Source: an uncultured delta proteobacterium (GTDB lineage Bacteria; Myxococcota_A; Polyangia; Polyangiales; B10-G4). Taken from it: DNA of 64,000 bases. Below are positions 53,607-61,376 of this stretch, piece after piece. The stretch is from positions 864,001 to 928,000 of the forward strand of contig CAVSGI010000010.1 of NCBI GenBank assembly GCA_963727445.1, in the 5' to 3' direction. Positions within the stretch are counted from its first letter, which is position 1. Every line of letters starts with the position of its first letter. A program made the translations under genes and the position numbers. Under the pieces are notes generated by a model. The model was given only the letters and a program-made list of their open reading frames with translations, was not told the DNA's origin and did not search any database.

Positions 53607-55638
53607 TCAGGGAATGGAGGGCAAGGCGGCGAAGGCGGCGTCGGGGCTCGGCGCGGGAACGGCGATCGGCTCGCCGAGCCCGTCGGATTCCGCCCGGAAG
53701 CAGAAAAACCCGCCCGTCTCCACCGTCCCAACCCGGTGCCGCCACCGCGATCTCGGACAGCCCGTCGCCATCCACGTCACCGGCAGAGGCGAGGCTCGCG
53801 CCGAAGCCAGCGCCCGGCTGAACGCCGACGAGCTCGATGGCGTTGCCCACCGCCTCGAGATCCGTGCTCTTCAACAGGTAGACGAGGCCCGCACCCGCCA
53901 TGCCGGCCGAGGTCGCGCCGCTCGCCCCCACCAGCACCTCGTCCCGTCCGTCGCCGTCGAGGTCGGCCACGCCGACCACCGACGTACCGTAGCGATCGCC
54001 CGAGACCCGGTCACGCAGGAGCTCCGGTGAGCCGAAGCGCTCCGGGTAGCGCGTCGACCAGTAGAGGAGGATCGCGCCGCCCTCGCCCATCATGTCCGCG
54101 CCCACCGCGATCTCCGCGGCGCCGTCACCGTCGAGATCCCCGACCCGCGCCGCCGACGCCGCGTATCCATCCTCGCTGCGTCCCGCGCCGCTCGAGAGCA
54201 CCAGCGCGGATTCGCTCGGCACGCTGTCGCTCGACCCGAGAAAGAGGTGCGCTTCGGGGGTGGCGCCGCCCGCGGCCACCACGAAGACGTCGTCGATCCC
54301 GTCCCCGTCGACGTCACCCAGGTTCTGAACCGAGCCGCCGAGCTCGGGCGCCGGCGCCGCGCTGGGTGAGAGGCGCACGGGATCGCCTGGACCGTCGCCC
54401 GTCCAATGCACGACGTACGCGGCGCCTTCGGTGCCGCGAGGCGCGCCGATCACGAGGTCGCGACGGCCGTCTCCGTCGATGTCGGCGATGGCGAGGGCGG
54501 CACCGAAGCCCGCGGCGCCGTCCGCCATCGGAGGACTCAACTGGTGGGTGAGCATCAGGTCCCCGCTCGCCCCCTCGAAGACGTAGACCCGCCCTTCGCC
54601 GCCGGGGGCCCCCACGATCATCTCGGCGTTGCCGTCCCCATCGAGATCGCCGATGGCGACGGCGGCGCCGACCTCGTCGCTCGTGTCGTCCACCACCGTC
54701 TGCCCGCTCGGGGTGAGCTCGAGACCGGTGGCGCTGCCGCGGAAGAGATAGGCGGACTCGGCGCCCGACGCGCCCACGAAGAGATCCGAGTAGCCGTCGC
54801 CGTCCGCGTCGTTGGGCAGGCGGCCGACATCGAGGTAGCGCGTCGCCGACCACGGCCCGCAGCCGCCGGCGTTACAGGCGCGCACGCGCCAGACCCACCG
54901 CGCGCCCACCGGCGCCGAGGTCGAGGCGGAGAGCGGTTCGGCGAGCACGACCTGGCTCGCGGCGACGGTCTGCACCCGCGCACCGCTGAACGCGCACTCG
55001 GGGTACGCGTCGATGCTGCAGTCTTCCGAGAGAGCGAGCTCGTAGTGGGTCGCTCCCGCCACCTCGTTCCACACGAAGCGCGGCGTCAGCGAGCTCTCCG
55101 CGTGGATGGAGCCGGTGGACGCGCCGTTGTCGGGATGAAGCGGGCTCGGTGCAACGGTAGGCGCCGCGGCCGCGACCGAAGGGTCGCAGGAGAGCTCGGC
55201 CATCACCAGGGTCGCTTCGCCATCGAGCTCCTGGTCGCTACAGAGCGTGGCCCCTGCACAACAGTCGGCGAGCTCGAGATCGACACGCACGCGGCGGTCC
55301 TCGGTGAAGGCGCCGTGGATCCGCGCGCGCGCCAGCACCGCCCCTGAGGCGTCCCGCGCCTCGAAGTCCGCGACGAGCTCGCGCGAGGCGTCGCCGCCTT
55401 TCGGGGCCACCACGACGTGGAGCGGCCAGCTGATCTCGGAGTCCGCCCCGAAGACGTGGGTGCTCGTGGGCGGGGCCTCGTCCGAAGCGACATCGACGCC
55501 GCCCCGCGTCGAGACGGCGACGGTCGCGATCAACGTGCGGAGGGAATCGCCCGCGTCGACCATCACGTCGAGCTGGGTGGGCTCGTCGGCGCCGCAACTC
55601 GCGACGAGGAGCAGGAGCGCTGTGACCATCCACCTCAC
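53607..55638 (-). CDS. FG-GAP/integrin-alpha-like repeat lipoprotein with an FN3-like domain (apparent +1 frameshift at 53688-53689)
   Basis: Lipobox VASC; WVWRVRACNAGGCGPWS; about seven GD.DGDG..D..VGA repeats; the corrected C-terminus ends PSIP-stop at 53607. Confidence 0.85.
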
Positions 55639-56312
55639 CAGGAGAGCGCCTCCAAGACGACCCCGTCGGCGCCGGGCTCGGGCGACGGGTCCTGGCTGAG
55701 GACGAGGGCGATGGCCGTCGCGCCAGCGCCGGCGATGAGGACGAGGGCGGTCCAGAACCACCAGCGATCGAGGACCGTGTACTCGCCATCCTCGTCGACC
55801 TGGTCGACGTCCGCCTCGGTAGTGGTGACGTCGATCTCCGCCGGCCGCTCCTCGGGTGGCGCGTCGGCCTCGGCCTCGCGCTGCGCGATCTGGTCTTCGA
55901 GGATCTGGACACGCGCTTCGATGCTGCGCCGGTCGGGCGTCTCCGGCCTCAGGCGCAGATACATCTGGAACGCTTCGAGCGCTTCGTCGTCGCGCCGCAG
56001 ACGATCGAGCGTGACGCCGATGTTGTAGAGGATCTGCGGATCCTCGGCGAGGAGGTAGCTGCGCTCGAAGGAAGCGAGCGCGTCTGGATAGCGACCGTTA
56101 TCGAAGGCGCGCTCTGCGGCGAGGAAGAGCAAGCGCGCCTCCTCGAGACGTTCGGCCCGCGCCGCCTCGCTCTCTTCCGGCTGGACGTCTTCATCCGTCG
56201 CGACCTCCGCCTCCTGTGCGGTCGGCTCCGCGTCCTCGACTTCGACGTCCTGCGCCATGGCGCTTCGACAAAGCGCGATCATCAGCAACACGACTGCAGC
56301 GCTCAACCTCAC
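55635..56312 (-). CDS. secreted TPR protein with C-terminal membrane segment
   Basis: Signal peptide ending AMA-Q; TPR AFDNGRY..AL..F and ILYNIG; RWWFW plus TM helix. Confidence 0.85.
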   Translation of the reverse strand: MRLSAAVVLLMIALCRSAMAQDVEVEDAEPTAQEAEVATDEDVQPEESEAARAERLEEARLLFLAAERAFDNGRYPDALASFERSYLLAEDPQILYNIGVTLDRLRRDDEALEAFQMYLRLRPETPDRRSIEARVQILEDQIAQREAEADAPPEERPAEIDVTTTEADVDQVDEDGEYTVLDRWWFWTALVLIAGAGATAIALVLSQDPSPEPGADGVVLEALSW

Positions 56313-56426
56313 TCGCGAGCCTCCTCGACCTCCGGACGGCCACCATACTACCGCGAAGGAGGCCGATCTCCGTAGCCAGAGCGCCGCCCGAGCACCGCGA
56401 CCTACGATTGGCTACACTGTGCGCCC

Positions 56427-57893
56427 GTGCGACTTCCCGACGACATGCTCACCCGCACCCCCGAAGAGGCGGCTCGGCGCATCGCGCTCGTCTTCCTCGA
56501 AGAGGCCTCCGCCGCCGCCGCGCGCCTCGACGATCCGGATGACGAGGAGGCGCTCCACGACTTCCGTGTCGCCGTTCGTCGCCTTCGCGCCACGGCGCGC
56601 GCCTACGACGAAGAGCTCGACGGTGTCCTGGGCAAGAAGGAGCGGCGTCGCCTGAAGAAGCTCCAGCGGGCGACCGGGCCCGGCCGCGACGCCGAGGTCG
56701 CGCTCTGTTGGCTCGAAAAGACGCGGCCGAGCATCGGTGAGGCGCACGTCCTGGGCTTCGAGACCCTGGTCCGACGCCTCGAAGAACAGAAGGCGTCCTG
56801 CTACGCGCGCGCGAAGAAGCAGGTGCGGCGCGACTTCGAGAAGTTTCGCAAGGCCCTCGAGCGGCGGCTCGAGGTGATGACCGTCGAGGTGCACCTTCGC
56901 GACCCCTCGCCGCCACCCACCTGGGCCGAAGGTCTCGCCGACGAGGCCCGCGCCGCCATCGACGAGGTGGTGGCAGACCTCGAAGGGGTGCGTGGGCAGG
57001 ACGACGCCGGCGCGCTCACCGGCGTGCACGACGCACGCATCGCGATGAAGCGCATGCGCTATCTCCTCGAGCCAGCGCGCGATCACGTGCAGGCGATTCG
57101 CCCTTTGATCAAGGAGTGCAAGTCGCTTCAGGACGTGCTCGGTGAGATCAACGATTGCCACGTGCTGAATGCGCTCCTCGACGAGACTGTCGAGGAGGCC
57201 ACCAAGCGACGCGCCGAGCGGCTTCACGAGCTCGCGCTCGCCGATGACGAGGAGCGCATGCGCGACGAAGTCCGGCGCACCGAGCGCCCCGGCTTCGAGG
57301 AGATCCGTCGACGCCTGGTCGCACGAGAGGAAGCGCTGATGCAGAGCGTTCGCGCCGACTGGCTGCAGGGCGGCCTGTCGACCTTCGCCGGTCACGTCCG
57401 TGCGCTCACCGAGAGGCTGGAAGCGCTGGGCGAGCGCAACGTGGAGATCGAGCGCAAGTACCTGCTGAAGCGCTTGCCGAACGCGGTGCAGAAGGCCAGC
57501 GTCAAGACCATCGTTCAGGGGTGGATCCCAGGCAATCGGCTGCGCGAGCGCCTCCGTCGGATCGAGACCCCGAAGGGGACGAAGTACGTCCGCACCGTCA
57601 AGACGGGCGAGGGGATCGAGCGCTTCGAGATCGAAGAGGAGACGAGCGCGGAGGTCTTCGACGCCCTGTGGCCCCTCACCGAGGGCTGCCGCGTCGAAAA
57701 GCGCCGCTACGACGTCTCGGACGGCGACCTCACCTGGGAGATCGACGAGTTCACCGATCGCGACCTCTTTCTCGCCGAGGTGGAGCTGGCCACCCCCGAC
57801 GCCCAGCCTCCTCTGCCCGACTGGCTCGCGGAGACCGTGGTCGAAGAGGTCACGGGCGACCCCGAGTACGTGAACCTGAACCTCGCGAAGTAG
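56427..57893 (+). CDS. CHAD plus CYTH domain protein
   Basis: LHDFRVAVRRLR and HDARIAMKRMRY..QDVLGEIND (CHAD); EIERKY, VEKRRY, WEIDEF and AEVEL (CYTH). Confidence 0.92.
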   Translation: MRLPDDMLTRTPEEAARRIALVFLEEASAAAARLDDPDDEEALHDFRVAVRRLRATARAYDEELDGVLGKKERRRLKKLQRATGPGRDAEVALCWLEKTRPSIGEAHVLGFETLVRRLEEQKASCYARAKKQVRRDFEKFRKALERRLEVMTVEVHLRDPSPPPTWAEGLADEARAAIDEVVADLEGVRGQDDAGALTGVHDARIAMKRMRYLLEPARDHVQAIRPLIKECKSLQDVLGEINDCHVLNALLDETVEEATKRRAERLHELALADDEERMRDEVRRTERPGFEEIRRRLVAREEALMQSVRADWLQGGLSTFAGHVRALTERLEALGERNVEIERKYLLKRLPNAVQKASVKTIVQGWIPGNRLRERLRRIETPKGTKYVRTVKTGEGIERFEIEEETSAEVFDALWPLTEGCRVEKRRYDVSDGDLTWEIDEFTDRDLFLAEVELATPDAQPPLPDWLAETVVEEVTGDPEYVNLNLAK

Positions 57894-57932
57894 GGCGGTG
57901 CGGCCGCCGTTTCTCGGGCCTTCGAAAAAGTC

Positions 57933-57958
57933 TGTCACGCTGCCTCTTTCGCTTCGTC
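57933..57958 (+). promoter_or_regulatory. ECF-sigma-type promoter (TGTCAC-N16-CGTC)
   Basis: -35 TGTCAC at 57933, 16-nt spacer, -10 CGTC at 57955, upstream of an operon that contains an ECF sigma factor. Confidence 0.6.
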
Positions 57959-58005
57959 ATGCATCACGAAAGCCGGACGCTGACCGGCGGAGAGGAAAAG
58001 AGACG

Positions 58006-58374
58006 ATGATGGAGTTCTTTCAGGCGGGCGGCTGGCCCATGTTTCTCATTCTGGCCCTCGGCCTCGTGACCCTGGTGGCGGCGGCGCTCTTCATGCGGAA
58101 GCCCCAGGCGCGCGATGTGGGGATGATCCGGGGCTTTTCGGTCGCCACGGTGTTCGCGGTGCTCTGCGGCATCGCCGCCGACCTGGCCGCGGTCTTCACC
58201 CACGTGCCGAACAACCCCGAATGGGCGAACAGCCCCGACATGCCGCTCATCGTGATGACCGGTCTCGGCGAGTCGCTGACCCCGGCGATCCTCGGCTTCA
58301 GCTTGTTGACCCTCGCGTGGCTCGTGACCGCGGTGGGCGTTCGCCGGCTGGGCGCCACCGAGATGGCGGCCTGA
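58006..58374 (+). CDS. small 3-TM membrane protein (MotA/ExbB-like termini)
   Basis: MEFFQAGGWPM N-terminus, GLGESL.PAILG helix, AGAGG SD. Confidence 0.75.
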   Translation: MMEFFQAGGWPMFLILALGLVTLVAAALFMRKPQARDVGMIRGFSVATVFAVLCGIAADLAAVFTHVPNNPEWANSPDMPLIVMTGLGESLTPAILGFSLLTLAWLVTAVGVRRLGATEMAA

Positions 58375-58379
58375 GGAGC

Positions 58380-58928
58380 TTGGACGACGAGCAGCAGCTC
58401 GTCGCCGCGTTGTTGCGCGGAGAGCGCGAGGCCTTCGATGCGATCTACGATCACTACCGGCCTCGCGTCTTCGCGTTCCTGGCGCGGCTCAGCGGAGATC
58501 GCGTCCTCGCGGAAGATCTCCTGCAGGAGACATTCGTGCGACTGGCGAGGAACGCGAAGAGCCTCGGTGGAGACTTTCGACCGAGGCCCTGGCTCTTCAC
58601 GGTCGCCCGCAACCTCTTCGTCGACCATCGGCGCCGCGCGCTTGTCGACTTCGACCGGCTACGCGATCTCGCGCTGTGGCCAAGCCGCCCGCGACGCGTC
58701 GAGGACACGCCCTTCGACCTCGCCCAGGCGACCGAGACCGAGAGGCGCCTCGAAGCCGCCCTCCTCTGCCTCCCCACGCCGCACCGCGAGGCGCTCCTGT
58801 TGGTCGCGGTGGAAGGCCTCGAGCCGACCGAAGCCGCCGCGGTCCTCGGCATTCGACCGGAGGCGCTTCGAAAGCGCCTCTCTCGCGCGCGCTCGGCGCT
58901 GCGCGCTATCCTGGAGAACGAACGATGA
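58380..58928 (+). CDS. ECF RNA polymerase sigma factor
   Basis: AEDLLQETF and WLFTVARN region 2; region 4 LP...REALLL...EAA.VLG.....RKRLSRAR. Confidence 0.92.
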   Translation: MDDEQQLVAALLRGEREAFDAIYDHYRPRVFAFLARLSGDRVLAEDLLQETFVRLARNAKSLGGDFRPRPWLFTVARNLFVDHRRRALVDFDRLRDLALWPSRPRRVEDTPFDLAQATETERRLEAALLCLPTPHREALLLVAVEGLEPTEAAAVLGIRPEALRKRLSRARSALRAILENER

Positions 58929-59155
58929 GCGACGAAGAGCTCGACCAGGCGCTCGGTGAGCTGAGCGCCCACGACCTGGACGGCTGGCGCCGGGACAACA
59001 TCCGGCGCCGCGCGCACGAGGCCTTGTCGGGCCGAGTGCCATCACGCCTCGCGAGCGCGTACCGCCGCTTCTTCGAGCCGGCGATGGTGGCCACCGTCTG
59101 TGTGATCCACCTCGTCTGGGCCTTCGGCGCCGCCGCCAGCGTCCTGTTGCGCTGA
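58925..59155 (+). CDS. putative small membrane anti-sigma factor
   Basis: ATGA-coupled to the sigma gene; 76 aa with a single C-terminal TM helix. Confidence 0.6.
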   Translation: MSDEELDQALGELSAHDLDGWRRDNIRRRAHEALSGRVPSRLASAYRRFFEPAMVATVCVIHLVWAFGAAASVLLR

Positions 59156-59213
59156 TGGCCGTGCCGCTTCGGCGCGCTTTCCGCTAGGCTTCCCCCTCAC
59201 GGAGGGAGGGCCG

Positions 59214-60578
59214 ATGGCGCAGAGGCGGAGCACGAAGCGGAGCTCGAAGAAGACGTCGAAGTCCTCGAAGAAGAAGACTTCGAAGGCTCCGAGGAAGACG
59301 GCGAGGACGTCGAAGTCCTCGAAGAAGACGTCCAAGGCTCCGAAGAAGGCGACGAAGACCTCGCCTGGCAAGCGGCGTGCGCCGAAGAAGAGCACGACCA
59401 AGAAGGCCGCCACCAAGAAGAGCGCCACCAAGAAGAGCGCCACCAAGAAGAGCGCCACCAAGAAGAGCGCCACCAAGAAGGCCGCGCAGGCCGCCGACGC
59501 GCCAGCGAAGAAGTCCCCCGCCGCGGCCGCGCTGGCGAAGAAGCGCGCCCCCACCAGTCGCAAGACCGTGCCGGGCGGCACGGCGCCCGAGATCGATGAC
59601 GTGACGCGGGCGAAGAAGGCGCTTCGCGAAGTGCGCGAGATCGTCGAACGGGTGAGCGACGCCGAGGCCGAGCAGATCCTCGGTGATGGGAACCTGGAGA
59701 AGCTCCTCACGTCGGTGGTGCCAGCGCCGGGGCGAAGCACCAAGTCCACCCACGAGCACCTCGCCAAGCACAAGCGGCGCGCTTCACTCCTCGCACGCCT
59801 CCGCCACGACATCAACGACCGTTCGGCGTTCACCGCGGACGGGGGATGGGTCTCGCCCACGCGGGTCCAGTGGTTCTACGACGGGCTGACCTTCCTCGAA
59901 GGGCCCGAGCCCTATCGCGGCGTGGTGGGTCTCTATCGCGACGGTGCGATCGGGTACGGGCTCGGCGTCGAGGACGTCGGCAAGGAGGACTCCCTCGGCC
60001 CCCTCGCCTCCGACTTCGTATCGGTGGACGACGCGAAGAAGAGCTTTCGTGGGGCGAGCGGAAAACCAGCAGACGCGCTGGCCGAGATGATGGCCCTCTC
60101 CACCGAGGGCGGCACCGACACCAGCGCCTGGGTGGATCTGCTGAGCAGGCATCCCTGGATGCTCGGCGCCCAACACGCGTCGATCACCCGATTGGAACAG
60201 CGCGACCCCGACCTGCCCAGCGTCGTGGGCAAGCGCGCGAGCGACAACGCCACCGACGTGCTCCTGGTGGAGCCCCAGTCGACGCCGATCGTCGGCAAGA
60301 CGGGCAAGGTCCTGAACAGCTTCCGCGACGTCTGGGCGCGAGCGGAGAAGCTGCGCACCTTCGTGCAGCGCCAGGCGAGCTACCTGTCGCGCGAGCTGCG
60401 CCTCAAGATCCGGGAGCCACGCTTCCTGATCATCGCCGGCGCCGCGCTCACCCCCGAGGAGCGCGCGGTCGTCCAGAGAGACATGGAGGCCCACCACGCC
60501 GCGGTGCGCCTCGTGACCTACGACGAGCTCAGGCGTCTCGCCGAGCGAACGCTGGCGTTCTTCGAGTCCCGCCTCTGA
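59214..60578 (+). CDS. histone-H1-like Lys-rich N-terminus, unknown middle domain and Shedu/DUF4263-like C-terminal domain
   Basis: GGAGGGAGG SD; KKSAT repeats; C-terminal W..LL..HPW.LG, PRFLIIAG and LVTYDEL..LA. Confidence 0.75.
   Translation: MAQRRSTKRSSKKTSKSSKKKTSKAPRKTARTSKSSKKTSKAPKKATKTSPGKRRAPKKSTTKKAATKKSATKKSATKKSATKKSATKKAAQAADAPAKKSPAAAALAKKRAPTSRKTVPGGTAPEIDDVTRAKKALREVREIVERVSDAEAEQILGDGNLEKLLTSVVPAPGRSTKSTHEHLAKHKRRASLLARLRHDINDRSAFTADGGWVSPTRVQWFYDGLTFLEGPEPYRGVVGLYRDGAIGYGLGVEDVGKEDSLGPLASDFVSVDDAKKSFRGASGKPADALAEMMALSTEGGTDTSAWVDLLSRHPWMLGAQHASITRLEQRDPDLPSVVGKRASDNATDVLLVEPQSTPIVGKTGKVLNSFRDVWARAEKLRTFVQRQASYLSRELRLKIREPRFLIIAGAALTPEERAVVQRDMEAHHAAVRLVTYDELRRLAERTLAFFESRL
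59409..59480 (+). repeat. 15-bp tandem repeat GCCACCAAGAAGAGC (about 4.8 copies; encodes ATKKS)
   Basis: Directly visible: four perfect units plus a partial unit. Confidence 0.9.
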
Positions 60579-60596
60579 GCTGATACTTTTGCAGGC

Positions 60597-61376
60597 GTGA
60601 AAGCGCTGTCTCCTCTTCTCGTCCTTTCCATGCTCCTCGCCAGCTGCGGCGAAGATTCGCCAACGTGCATCGACAGCTCGGGCTGCCCCACCGGAAATCG
60701 CTGCGTCGACGGCGAGTGCGTCGCGCCCGTGGCGATGGACGGCAGCGTCGACTCCGGCACCTCCCCTGACGGCGCGACCGGCGACGCGACCGCTTCCGAC
60801 GGCGGTGACGACGCCGCGCCCCCATGCACCGCCGCCGAGTGCGACGATGGCAACGAGTGCACCGACGACCGCTGCACCGCGAGCGGCTGCGAGAACCGCC
60901 CCAACACCGCCGCCTGCGACGACAGCACCTTCTGCAACGGCTCGGACAGCTGCATGGATGGCACGTGCGCGGTACACAGCGGCGATCCCTGCGGCGGGCT
61001 CGCGTGTGACGAGATGGCCGACTCCTGCATGGGCAGCTGCACCACCGACGCCGAGTGCCCCGCGGACGTGGTGGCCGCCTGGAGCAGCTGCGCTGGCTTC
61101 AGCGACGTCTGTGACGAAACAGGCATGCGCAGCCGCGACGTGGCAACCTTCACCTGCATGGGCGGCGTGTGCGTGGGCGCGATCACCACGGAGATGGAGG
61201 CGTGCATGCGCGACTCGGACGGGACGATCTGCGACGATGGGATGGGCTGCACCTTCCCGGACACCTGCGTGGGCGGCGTCTGTCAGGGGGAGATGGCCTG
61301 CCCACCCGGATGCAGCTGCCGGCGCCGCCGCTTCGAGTGCTACGACGACGTCACCGGCACCCGCTGCGCGCTCTGA
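60597..61376 (+). CDS. Cys-rich lipoprotein
   Basis: Lipobox LASC; CDDGNECTDD, CDDSTFCNG and CDDGMGCT repeats like those of the giant Cys-rich protein. Confidence 0.8.
   Translation: MKALSPLLVLSMLLASCGEDSPTCIDSSGCPTGNRCVDGECVAPVAMDGSVDSGTSPDGATGDATASDGGDDAAPPCTAAECDDGNECTDDRCTASGCENRPNTAACDDSTFCNGSDSCMDGTCAVHSGDPCGGLACDEMADSCMGSCTTDAECPADVVAAWSSCAGFSDVCDETGMRSRDVATFTCMGGVCVGAITTEMEACMRDSDGTICDDGMGCTFPDTCVGGVCQGEMACPPGCSCRRRRFECYDDVTGTRCAL

Noticed and set aside
53062..55761. 899-aa ORF as a single FG-GAP fusion protein
   Set aside because: An Arg-rich off-frame stretch begins at 53688; removing one base gives a stop at 53607, and a separate SD-led gene starts at 53556
59214..60578. Active Shedu defence system or defence island
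   Set aside because: The catalytic residues look substituted and no other defence or mobility genes flank it; kept only as a degenerate-domain finding
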